64,000 nt of DNA from the NCBI RefSeq assembly GCF_009914755.1, contig NC_060939.1, one strand, 5' to 3'. Both the position numbers and the translations under genes were made by a program. The notes under the pieces were generated by a model. It was not told the origin of the DNA. It was given only the letters and a program-made list of their open reading frames with translations, and did no database searches. The stretch is from the human T2T-CHM13v2.0 reference genome, Homo sapiens. Of this stretch, positions 25,901-41,800 are shown piece after piece. The first letter of the stretch is position 1, and each line of letters starts with the position of its first letter.

Positions 25901-28895
25901 GGAGTTTGAAAACTGCTCAATCAAAACAAAGTTTTAAATCTGTGAGATGAATGCACACATCACAAAGAAATTTCTCTGATTGCTTCTGTCTAGATGTTAT
26001 GTGAAGATATTTGCTTTTCTACCATAGGCCACAAGGCACTCCCAATGTCCAATTGCAGTTTCTACAAAGAGAATTTACAAACTGCTCAATCAAAAGAAAG
26101 TTTCAACTCTGTTAGATGAATGCACACATCACAAAGAACTTTCTCAGAATTCTTCTGTCTACTTTTTATGTGAAGATATTTCCTTTTCTACCATAGGTCG
26201 CAAAACGCTCCAAATGTCCACTTGCAGATTCTACAAAAAGTGTTTCCAAACTGCTCAATCAAAAGAAAGTTTCAACTCTGTGAGATGAACGCACACATCA
26301 CAAAGAAGTTTCTCAGGTTGCTTCTGTCTAGATTTTATGTGAAGATATTTCCTTTTCTTACATAGGCCAAAAAGCACTCCAAATGTCCACTTGCAGATCC
26401 TACAAAAAGAGAGTTTCAAAACTGCTCTATCAAAAGAAAAGTTTAAATCTGTGAGATGAATGCACACATCACAAAGAAGTTCCTCAGGTTGCTTCTGTCT
26501 AGTATTTATGTGAAGATATTTCCTTTTCTACCATGGGCTGCAAAGTAATCTAAATGTCTACTTGCGCATTCTACAAAAAGTGAGTTTCAAATCTGCACTA
26601 TCAAAAGAAAAAGTTTAACTCTGAGAGATGAATGCCCACATCACAAAGAAGTTTCTCAGATGGCTTCTGTCTAGATTTTATATAAAGATATTTCCTTTTC
26701 TACAATAGGCCACAAAGCGCTCCAAATGTCCACTTGCAGATACTACAAAAAGAGTGTTTCCATACTGCTCAATCGAAAGAAAATTTCAACTCTGTAAGAT
26801 GAACGCACACCTCATGAAGTAGTTTCTGAAATTTCTTCTGTATAGGTTTTATGTGAAGATATTTCGTTTTCCACCATAAGCCTCAAGGCATTTCAAATAT
26901 ACAGTTGCAGATTCTACAATAAGGGAGTTTCAAAACTGCTCAATCATAAGTAAGGTTTAACTCTGTGAGATGAACACACACGTCACAAAGAAGTTTCTCA
27001 GATTGCTTCTGTCAATATTTTATGTGAAGATATTTCCTTTTCTACCATAGGCCTCAAAGCTTTCCAAACGTCCACTAGCAGATTCTACAAAAAGAGTGTT
27101 TCCAAACTGCTCAATCAAAAGAAAGTTTCAACTCTGTGAGATGAATGCTCTACCTTACAGAGGAGTTTCTCAGAATTCTTCTGCCTGTTTTTTATGTGAA
27201 GATATTTCCTTTTCCACAATAGGCTTCTAAGTGCTCCAAATGTCCACTTGCATATTCTACAAAAAGAGAGTTTCAAAACTCCTCAATCAAAAGAAAGCTT
27301 TACCTCTTTGAGATGAATGCTCACATCACAAAGAAGTTTCTCAGATTGCTTCTGTCTAGATTTTATTTGAAGATATTTCCTTTTCTGCCATAGGCCACAA
27401 AGTTCTCCAAATGTCCGCTTGCAGATTCTAACAAAAGAGTGTTTCCTTACTGCTCAATCTAAAGAAAGGTTCAGAATTGTGAAATGAACACACACATCAC
27501 AGAGAAGTTTCTCCGAATTCTACTGTCTAGTTTTTATGTGAAGATATTTCCTTTTCCACCATTGGCCACAAAGCGCTCCTGATGTCCATTTGCGGATTCA
27601 ACCAAAAGAGATATTCAAAACTGCTCAAACAAAAGAAAATTTTATCTCTGTGAGATGAATACACCCATCACAAAGAGGTTTCTCAGATTGCTTCTGTCTA
27701 GATTTTATGTGAAGATATTTCCCTTTCTACCATAGGCCGCATTGCGCTCCGTATGTCTACTTGCAGATCCTACAAAAAGAGGGTTTCCGAACTGCTCAAT
27801 CTAAAGTATGGTTCAACTCTATGAGATGAACGCACACATCACAAAGAAGTTTCTCAGAATTCTTCTATCTAGTTTTTATGGGAAGATATTTCCTTTTCCA
27901 CCATAGGCCACCTAGTGCTCCAAATGTCTACTTGCAGATTCTACAAAAAGAGAGTTTCAAAACTGCTCAATCAAAAAAAAATTTTAACTATGTGACATGA
28001 ATGCACACATCACAAAGTAGTTTCTCAGATTGTTCTGTCTGGAATTTATGTGAACATATTACCTTTTCTACAATAGGCCGCAAAGCGCTCCAAATGTCCA
28101 CTTGCAGATTCTACAAAAAGAGTGATTCCAAACTGCTCAATCAAAAGAAAGGTTCAAATCTGTGAGATGAATGCAGATATCACAAAGAAGTTTCTCAGAA
28201 TTCTTCTGTCTGGTTTTTATGTGAAGATATTACCTTTTCCACCATGGGCCTCAAAGCATTTCCAATGTACACTTGCAGATTCCACAAAAGGGAGTTTCTA
28301 AACTGCTGAATCAAAAGGAAGTTTTAACTGTGTGAGATGAATGCACACATCACAAAGAAGTTTCTGAGACTGCTTCTGTCTAGGTTTCATGTGAAAATAG
28401 TTCCTTTTTTACCATAGGCCACAGAGCGCTCCAAATGTGCACTTGAAGATTCTACATTAACAGTGTTTCCAAACTGCTCCATCAAAAGAGAGGTTCAACT
28501 CTGTGAAATGAACGCACACATCACAAAGAAGTAGTCGGAATTCTTCAGTCTAGTTTTTATGTTGAAGATACTACCTTTTCCACCATAGTCCTCAAAGCAC
28601 TCCAATGTACACTTGCAGATTCTACAAAAAGAGAGTTTCAAAACTGCTTTATCAAAAGAAAGGTTTAACTCTGTGATATGAATGCATATATTACAAAGAA
28701 GTTTCTCAGATTTCTTCTATCTAAATTTGATGTGAAGATATTTCCTTTTCTACCATTGGCTACAAAGTGATCCAAATGTCCACTTGCAGATTCTACAAAA
28801 AGAGTGTTTCCTAACTACTCAATCAAAAGAAAGGTTGAACTCGGTGAGGTGAACGCACACATCACAACAAAGTTTCTCAGAATTTTTCTGTCTAG
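22921..28895 (-). repeat. Alpha satellite, dimeric type B domain (first 1-2 monomers atypical)
   Basis: X/Y alternation as in 11.2-21.6 kb. Ends at ...CTGTCTAG running into the L1 poly(T). Confidence 0.92.
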
Positions 28896-28957
28896 TTTTT
28901 TTTTTTTAAGAGCGGTTTGGGTTTTATTTCTTTTTTTATGTTCATAGAAGTATATAT

Positions 28958-28988
<31 letters not shown>
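28896..28988 (-). other. L1 3' tail: (TAAA)8, 49-nt non-L1/non-satellite segment with AATAAA, terminal A12 (probable 3' transduction)
   Basis: Plus strand: T12 at 28896-28907, unique sequence 28908-28956 with TTTATT at 28923-28928, (TTTA)8 at 28957-28988. Confidence 0.7.
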
Positions 28989-29195
28989 TTATTATACTTT
29001 AAGTTTTAGGGTACATGTGCACAATGTTCAGGTTAGTTACATATGTATACATGTGACATGCTGGTTCGCTGCACCCACTAACTCACCATCTAGCATTAGG
29101 TATATCTCCCAATGCTATCCCTCCCCACTCTCCCCACCCCACAACAGTACCCAGAGTGTGATGTTCCCCTTCCTGTGTCCATGTGTTCTAATTGT

Positions 29196-33015
<3,820 letters not shown>

Positions 33016-33078
33016 CATGATGTTAGCTGGTTATTTTGCTCGTTAGTTGATGCAGTTTCTTCCTAGTCTCGAAGGTCT

Positions 33079-34095
33079 TTACATTTTGGCATGATTTTGC
33101 AGCGGCTGGTACCAATTGTTCCTCTCCATGTTTAGTGCTTCCTTCAGGAGCTCTTTTAGGGCAGGCCTGGTGGTGACAAAATCTCTCAGCATTTGCTTGT
33201 CTGTAAAGGATTTTATTTCTCCTTCACTTATGAAGTTTAGTTTGTCTGGATGTGAAATTCTGGGTGGAAAATTCTTTTCTTTAAGAATGTTGAATATTGG
33301 CCCCCACTATCTTCTGGCTTGTAGAGTTTCTGCAGAGGGATCTGCTGTTAGTCTAATGGGCTTTCCTTTGAGGGTAACCCGACCTTTCTCTTTCGCTGCC
33401 CTTAACATTTTTTCATTCATTTCAACTTTGGTGAATCTGACAATTATGTGTCTTGGAGTTGCTCATCTCGAGGAGTATCTTTGTGGCATTCTCTGTTTTT
33501 CCTGAATCTGAATGTTTGCCTGCCTCGCTAGATTGGGGAAGTTCTCCTGGATAATATCCTGCAGAGTGTTTTCCAACTTGGCTCCATTCTCCCCGTCACT
33601 TTCAGGTACAACAATCAGACGTAGATTTGGTCTTTTCTCATAGTCCCATATTTCCTGGAGGCTTTGCTCGTTTCTTTTTATTCTTTTTTCTCTAAACTTC
33701 CCATCTCGCTTCATTTCATTCACTTCATCTTCTATTGCTGATACCCTTTCTTCCAGTTGATCGCATTGTCTCCTGAGGCTTCTGCATTCTTCATGTACTT
33801 CTCGAGCCTTGGCTTTCAGCTCCATCAGCTCCTTTAAGCACTTCTCTGTATTTGTTATTCTAGTTATACATCCCTCTAAATTTTTTTCAACGTTTTCAAA
33901 TTCTTTGCCTTTGGTTTGAGTGTTCTTCTGCAGCTCAGAGTAGTTTGATCATCTGAAGCCTTCTTCTCTCAGCTAGTCAAAGTCATTCTCCATCCAGCTT
34001 TGTTCCATTGCTGATGAGGAACTGCGTTCCTTTGGAGGAGGAGAGGCACTCTACTTTTTAGAGTTTCCAGTTTTTCTGCTCTGATTTTTCCCCAT
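33079..34095 (-). pseudogene. ORF1: L1 ORF1p (RNA-binding chaperone), disrupted
   Basis: 1017-nt span, matching 338 codons plus stop. Begins MGKNQSRKTGNSKK then TAG at codon 15 (34051-34053). Second premature TGA at 33463-33465. Internal fragment contains SLQEIWDYEKRPNLRL. Confidence 0.95.
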
Positions 34096-35002
34096 CTTTG
34101 TGGTTTTATCTACTTTTGGTCTTTGATGATGGTGATGTACTGATGGGTTTTTGTTGTGGATGTCCTTTCTGTTTGTTAGTTTTCCTTCTAACAAACAGAA
34201 CCCTCAGCTGCACGTCTGTTGGAGTACCTGGCCGTGTGAGGTGTCAGTCTGCCCCTGCTGGGGGGTCCCTCCCAGTTAGGCTGCTCTGGGTTCAGGGGTC
34301 AGGGCCTCACTTGAGGTGGCAGTCTGCCCATTCTCAGATCTCCAGCTGCGTGCTGGGAGAACCACTGCTCTCTTGAAAGCTGTCAGACAGGGACATTTAA
34401 GTATGCAGAGGTTACTGCTATCTTTTTGTTTGTCTGTGTCCTGTCCCCAGAGGTGGAGCCTACAGAGGCAGGCAGGCCTCCTTAAGTTGTGGTGGGCTCC
34501 ACCCAGTTCCAGATTCCCGGCTGCTTTGTTTACCTAAGCAAGCTTGGGCAATGGCGGGTGCCCCTTCCCCAGCCTCGCTGCCTCCTTGCAGTTTGATCTC
34601 AGACAGCTGTGCTAGCAATCAGCAAGACTCTATGTGTGTAGGACCCTCTGAGCCAGGTGTGGGATATAATCTCCTCATGTGCAATTTTTTATGTCCGTGG
34701 GAAAAGCACAGTATACGGGTGGGAGTGACCCGATTTTTTAGGTGCTGTCTGTCAACCCTTTCTTTGACTAGGAAAGGGAACTCCCTGACCCCTAGTGCTT
34801 CCCGAGTGAGGCAATGCCTTGGCCTGCTTCAGCTCTTGCATGGTGTGTGCACCCACTGACCTGCTCCCACTGTCTGGCACTCACTAGTGAGATGAACCCG
34901 GTACCTCAGATGGAAATGCAGGAATCACCCGTCTTCTGCGTCGCTCATGCCGGGAGCTGTGGACTGGAGCTATTCCTATTCGGTCATCTTGGTTCCTCTC
35001 CC
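34096..35002 (-). promoter_or_regulatory. L1 5'UTR with internal sense promoter and antisense promoter region; CpG-decayed, YY1 site mutated
   Basis: Homology to the L1PA 5'UTR. The YY1 motif reads AAGATGACC rather than AAGATGGCC. Many TG/CA at consensus CpG positions. Activity not shown. Confidence 0.8.
34551..34859 (+). CDS. ORF0: L1 antisense ORF0 homolog, open for 102 aa
   Basis: MAGAPSPASLPPCSLISDSCASNQ matches the primate L1 ORF0 N-terminus. ATG is at L1 position 452 in GCAATGG context. Expression unknown. Confidence 0.6.
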   Translation: MAGAPSPASLPPCSLISDSCASNQQDSMCVGPSEPGVGYNLLMCNFLCPWEKHSIRVGVTRFFRCCLSTLSLTRKGNSLTPSASRVRQCLGLLQLLHGVCTH

Positions 35003-35860
35003 GGAACACTCTCTTTGTAGAATCTGCAAGTGGACATTTGGAGCGCTTTGAGGTCTGTGGTGGATAACAAAATATCTTCATATGATAACTTGACAGAAGC
35101 ATTCTAAGAAACTTCTTTGTGATGTATGTACTCGTCCCACAGAGTTGAACCTTTCTTTTGATTTAGCAGTCTGGAAGCACTCTTTTTGTAAAATCTGCAA
35201 GTGGACATTTTGTGCACTTTTAGGCCTATGGTAAAAAGGAAATATCTTCACATAAAAACTAGACAGAAGCATTTTGACAACCTTCTTTGCAATATGTGCA
35301 TTCATATCACAGAGTTGAGCCTTAATTTGATTTAGCAGTTTTGAAGCACCCTTTTGATAATACCTGTGATTGGACATTTGGAGTGCTTTGATGCCTTTGG
35401 TGGAAAAGGAAATATCTTCACATAAGAACTAGACAGACGCATTCTGACAAACTTCTTTGTGATGTGTGCATTCATCTCAGAGAGTTGAACATTTATTTTG
35501 ATTGAACAGCTTTGAAAACCTCTTTTGTGGAATCTGCAAGTGGACATTGGGAGTGCTTTGAGGCCTATGGTAGAAAAGGAAATATCTTCACATAAAAACT
35601 AGACAGAAGCATTCTGACAAACATCTTTGTGATGTGTGCATTCATCTCACAGAGTTGAACCTAACTTTTGATTGAGCAGTTTAGAAACACTCTTTTTGTA
35701 GAATCTACAAGTGGACATTTAGAGTGCTTTGAGGCCTATGGTAGATAAAGAAATATCATCACACAAAATATAGACAGAAGCAATCTTGGAAATTTCTTTG
35801 TGATGGGTGCATTCATCTCACAGAGTTAAACCTTTCTTTTGATTGAGCAGTTTTGAAACA
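35003..35860 (+). repeat. Alpha satellite, inverted block: ~5 monomers of a third type (C)
   Basis: Opposite orientation to 1-28895. GTGGACATT and AAAACTAGACAGAAGCATT(C/T)TGACAA without clear X/Y alternation. Confidence 0.75.
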
Positions 35861-38800
35861 CTCTTTCTGTAGAATCTGCAACTGGATATTCGGAGTGCTT
35901 TGTGGCCTATGGTGGAAAAGGTAATATCTTCACATAAAAACTATGCAGAAGCATTCTAAGAAAGTTCTTTGTGATGTGTGCATTCAACTCTAAGATTTGA
36001 ACCTATCTTTTGACTGAGCAGTTTTGAAACACTCTTTTTGTAGAATCTGCAAGGGGATATTTAGAGCGATTTGAGGCCTATTGTGGAAAAGGAAATATCT
36101 TCACATAAAAACTACAGAAAAGCATTCTATGAAAGTTCTTTGTGATGTGTGCATTCAATTCTCAGAGTTGAACCTATCTTTTGATAGAGCAGTTTTGAAA
36201 CTCTCTTTTTGTAGAATTTGCAAGTGGATATTTGGATTCCTTTGTGGCCTACGGTGGAAAAGGAAATATCTTAACATAAAAACTACACAGAAGCGTTCTG
36301 AGAAACTACTTTGTGATGTGTGCATTCACATCACAGTGTTGAACATTTCTTTTGATTGTGCAGTTTGGAAACACTCTTTTACTCGTATCTGCAAGTGGAT
36401 ATTTCGAGCCCTTGTAGGCCTATTATGGAAAAGGAAATATCTTCACATAAAAACTACACAGAAGCATTTTGAGAAACTCCTGTGTGATGTGTGAATTCAT
36501 CTTACAGACTTGAACCTGTCTTTTGATTGAGCTGTTTTGAAACACTCTTTTTGTAGAATCTGCAAGTGGATATTTGCATCACTTTGAGGCCTATGGTGGA
36601 AAAGGAAATATCTTCCCAAAAAACCTACACAGAAGCATTCTCAGAAACTTCTTTGTGATGTGTGCATTCATCTCACAAAGTTGAGACTTTCTTTTGATTG
36701 AGCAGTTTAGAAACACTCTTTCATAGAATCTGCAAGTGGATACTTGGAGAGTTTTGAGGCCCATGGTGGAAAAGGAAATATCTTCCCATAAAAACTACAA
36801 AGAAGCATTCTGAGAAACTTCTTTATGATATGTGCATTGAACGCAGAGAGTTGAACCTATCTTCTGATACAGCAATTTTTAAAATCACTTTTTATAGAAT
36901 CTGGAAGTGGATATTTGGAGCGTTTTGTATCCTATGGTGGAAAAGGAAATATCTTTCCATAAATGCTACACAGAAGTATTCTGAGGAACTACTTTGTGAT
37001 GTGTGCATTCAACTCATAGAGCTGAACCTATCTTTTGATAAGGCAGTTTTGAAAATCTCTTTTTGTAGAATCAGCAAGTGGATATTTGGAAACCTTTGCA
37101 GGCTATGGTGGAAAACTAAATATCTTCTTATAAAAACTTCACAGAAGCATTCTCAGAAACTTTTTTGTGATGTATGCATTCATCTCACAGAGTTGAACCT
37201 CTCTTTCAATTGAGAAGTTTGGAAACACTCTTTTTGTAGAATCTGCAAATGGATATATGGAGGGCTTGAGGCCTATTGTGGAAAAGGAAATATCTTCCCA
37301 TGAAAACTACACAGAGGCATTCTGGGAAACTTCCTTGTGAGGTGTACATTCAACTCACCGATTTGAACCTTTCTTTGGATTTAGCAGTTTGGAAACACTC
37401 TTTTTGTAGAATCTGCAAGTAGTTATTTTGATCGATTTGGAGCCTATGTGGGAAAGGAAATATTTTCACATAAAAACTACACAGAAGTATTCTGAGAAAC
37501 TTCTTTGTGATGTGTGCATTCACCTCACAGGGTTGAGCCTATCCTTTGATAAAGCAGTTTTGAAACTCTCTTTTTGTAGGATCTACAAGTGGATATTTGG
37601 AGCCTTTTGCATCCTACGTAGGAAAAGCAAATATCTTCACATAAAAACTACACAGAATCATTCTGAGAAACTTCTTTGTGATGTGTGCATTCAACTCACA
37701 GAGATGAACTTTTCTTTTGATAGAGCAGTTTTCAAACTCTCTCTTTGTAGAATCTGCAAGTGGATATTTGGAGCCCTTTGCAGCCTAGTTAGGAAAAGGA
37801 AATATTTTCACATCAAAACTACACAGAAGCATTCTGAAAAACTTCTTTGTGATGTGTGCATTCAACTCACAGAGTTGAACTTATCTTTTCACAGAGCAGG
37901 TTTAAAACTCTCCTTTTGTATAATCTGAAAGTAGATATTTGGAGGGCTTTGAGGCCTGTGGTGGAAAAGGAAATATCTTCACATAAAAACTACACATAAG
38001 CATTCTGAGAAAGTACTCTGTTATGTGTGCATACGTCTCACAGAGTTGAAGATATTTTTTTCATATAGCAGTTTTGAAAATTTCTTTTTGTAGAATCTGC
38101 AAGTGGATATTTGGAGTCCTTTGCAGCCTACGGTGGAAAAGGAAATATCTTCACATAAAAACTACACAGAAGCATTTTGAGAAACTCCTGTGTGATGTGT
38201 GAATTCATCTTACAGACTTGAACCTGTCTTTTGATTGAGCTGTTTTGAAACACTCCTTTTGCAGAATCTGCAACTGGATATTGGGAACACATTGAGGCTT
38301 ATGGTGGAAAAGGAACTATCTTCACATAAAAACTACACAGAAGCATTCTGAGAAACTTCTTTGTGATGTGTGCATTCATCTCACAGAGATGAACCTATCT
38401 TTTCATAGAGCAGTTTTGAAACTCTCTTTCTGTAGAATCTGCGACTGGATATTTGGAACCCTTAGCGGCCTATGGTGGAAAAGGAATTATCTTCACATAA
38501 AAACTACACAGTATCATTCTGAGAAACTTGTTTGTGATGTGTGCATTCATCTCACAGATTTGAACCCTTCCATCTTTTGAGCAGTTTGTACACCCTCTTT
38601 TTGTAAAATCTACAAGTGGATATATGGAGTGCTTTGAGGCCTATTGTGGAAAAGGAAATACCTTCACATAAAAACTACACAGAAGTATTCTGAGAAACTT
38701 CTTTTTGATGTGTGCATTCATCTCACAGAGTTGAACATTTCATGTGATTGAGCAGCTTTGAAACACTCTTTTTGTAAAATCTGCAAGTGGATATTTGCAG

Positions 38801-41800
38801 CACTTTGAGGCCTATTGTGGAAAAGGAAATATCTTCCCATAAAAACTACATAGAAACATTCTCAGAAACCTCTTTGTGTTATGTGCATGTATGTAGACAG
38901 TTGAACCTTTCATTTGATTTAGCAGTTTGCAAACACTCTTTTAGTAGAATCTGCAAGTAGATATTTGAAGCCCTTGGGGCCTATTATGGAAAAGGAAATA
39001 TCTTCACATAAAAACTATGCAAAAACGTTCTGAGAAACTTCATTGTGATGTGTGCATTCACTTAACAGAGTTGAACCTTTCTTTGAATTAAGCAGTTTTG
39101 AAACACTCTTTCTGTAGAATCTGCAAGTGAATATTCAGAGTGCTTTGAGGCCTACGGTGGAAAAGGTAATATCTTCACATAAAAACTATGCAAAGCATTC
39201 TAAGAAAGTTCTTTGTGATGTGTGCATTCAACTCTCAGAGTTGAACATATTTTTTGATAGAGCAGTTTTGAAACTCTCTTTTTGTAGAATTTGAAGGGGA
39301 TATTTGGATTCCTTTGTGGCCTATTGTGGAAAAGGAAATATCTTAACATAAAAAATACACAGAAGCATTCTGAGAAACTTCTTTGTGATGTGTGCATTCA
39401 TCTCACAGAGTTGAACCTATCTTTTGATAAAGCAGTTTTGAAACTCTCTTTTTGTAAATCTGCAAGTGGATATTTGGAGCCCTTCGCAGCCTGTGGTGGA
39501 AAAGGAAATATCTTAACATAAAAAGTACACAGAAGCATTCTGAGAAACTTCTTTGTGATGTGTGCATTCATATCATAGTGTTGAACATTTCATTTGTTTG
39601 TGCAGTTTGGAAACATTCTTTTACTAGTATCTGCAAGTGGATATTTCGAGCTATTTTAGGCCTATAGTGGAAAAGGAAACATCTTCACATAAAAACTACA
39701 CAGAAGCATTTTGAGAAACTCCTGTGTGAAGTGTGAATTCACCTCATGGACTTGAACCTTTCTTTGAATTAAGCAGTTTTGAAACACTCTTTCTGTAGAA
39801 TCTGCAAGTGGATATTTGGAGCACTTTGGGGCCAATGGTGGAAAAGGAAATATCTTAACATAAAAACTACACAGAAGCATTCTGAGAAGTTCTTTGTGAT
39901 GTTTGCATTCAACACACAGAGTTGAACATATCTTTTGATAGAGCAGTTTTGAAACTCTCTTTTTGTGGAATCTGCAAGTCGATATTTGGAGCACTTTGTG
40001 GCCTATTGTGGAAAAGGAAATATCTTCACATAAAAACTACATAGAAGCATTCTGAGAAACTAATTTGTGATGTGTGCACTTATCTCACATAGTTGAACCT
40101 TTCATTTGATACAGCGGTTTTGAAACACTCTTTTTGCAGAATCTGCAAGTGGATATTGGGAGCGCATTGAGGCCTATGGTGGAAAAGGAACTATCTTCAC
40201 ATGAAAACTACACAGAAGCATTCTGAGAAACTTCTTCGTGATATGTGCGTTCTTCTCACAGAAATGAACCTATCTTTTGATAGAGCCGTTTTGAAACTCT
40301 CTTTTTGTAGAATCTGCGAGTGGATATTTGGAGCCCTTAGAGGCCTATGGTGGAAAAGGAAAAGGAATTATCTTCACATAAAAACTACACAGTATCATTC
40401 TGAGAAACTTGTTTGTGATGTGTGCATTCATCTCACAGAGTGGAAAATTTCATTTGAATGAGCAGTTTTGAAAAACTCTTTTTGTAGAATCTGCAAGTGA
40501 ATATTTGGAGGGCTTAAAGGCCTAATGTTGAAAAGGAAATATCTTCACATTAAATCTACAGAGAAGCATTCAGAGAATCTTCTTTCTGTTGTGTGCTTTG
40601 ATCTCACAGTGTTGAACCTGTCTTTTATTCAGAAGTTTGGAAACAGTCTTTTTGCAGAATCTATAAGTGTATATTTGGAGCACTTTGAGGGCTATGGTGG
40701 AGATTTAAATGCCTTCAAATAAAAACTGCACAATAGCCTTCTCAGAAAATTCTTTGTGATGTGTGCATTCAACTCACAGAGTTCAACCTATCTTCTGTTA
40801 GAGCAGTTTTGAAACTCTATTTTTTTGGAATTTGCAAGTGGATATTTGGAGCTCTTTGCGGCCTATGGTGGAAAAGGAAATATCTTCACATAAAAACTAC
40901 TCAGAAGCATTCTCAGAAAGTGCTTTGTGATGTGTGCATTCATCTCACAGAGTTGAACCTTTCTTTTGATTGAGCAATTTTGAAACACTGTTTTTGTAGA
41001 ATCTGCAAGTGGGTATTTTGAGCGCTTTGAGGCCTATAGTGGAAAAGGAAATGTCTTCACAAAAAATCTACGCAGAAGAATTCTCAGAAACTTTTTTGTG
41101 ATGTGTACATTCATCTCACAGTGTTGAATCTTTCTTTTGATTGAGCAGTTGGGAAACACACTTTTTGTAGAATCTGTAAGTGGATATTTAGAGCGCTTTG
41201 AGGCCTATGTTGGAAAAGGAAATATCTTCCCCTAAAAACGACACAGAAGCATTCTGAGAAACTTCTTTTTTATGTGTGCATTCATCTCACAGAGTTAACA
41301 CTTGCTTTTGATTGAGCAGTTTTGAAACTCTCTTTTTGTAGAATCCGCAAGTGAATATTTGGAGCCCTTTGTGGACGATGGTGGAAAAGGAAATATCTTC
41401 ACATAAAAATTACACAGAAGCATTCTGAGAAATTTTTTTGTGATGTGTGCATTCAAATCACAGTGTTGATCCTATCTTTTCATACAGCAGTTTTGAAACT
41501 CTCTTTTTGTAGAATCTTCAAGTGGATATTTGAAGCCCTTTGTGGCCTAAGGTGGAAAAAATATCTTCACATAAAAACTACATAGAAGCATTCTGACGAA
41601 CTTTTTGTGATGTTTGCATTCAACTCACAGTGTTGAACTAGTCTCTTGATAGAGCAGTTTTGAAACACACTTTTTGTAGAATCTGCAAGTGGATGTTTGG
41701 AGTGCTTTGAGACCTGTTGTGGAAAAGGCAATATCTTCACATAAAAACTACACAGTAGCATTCTGAGAAACTTCTTTGTAATGTGTGCATTCAACTGACA

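Noticed and set aside
29117-29141. G-rich tract on the minus strand with G-quadruplex potential
   Set aside because: Standard polypurine tract of the L1PA 3'UTR, already well known.
34884-35102. 72-aa ORF spanning the satellite/L1 5' junction
   Set aside because: Chance read-through from satellite into the 5'UTR with no domain or expression evidence.
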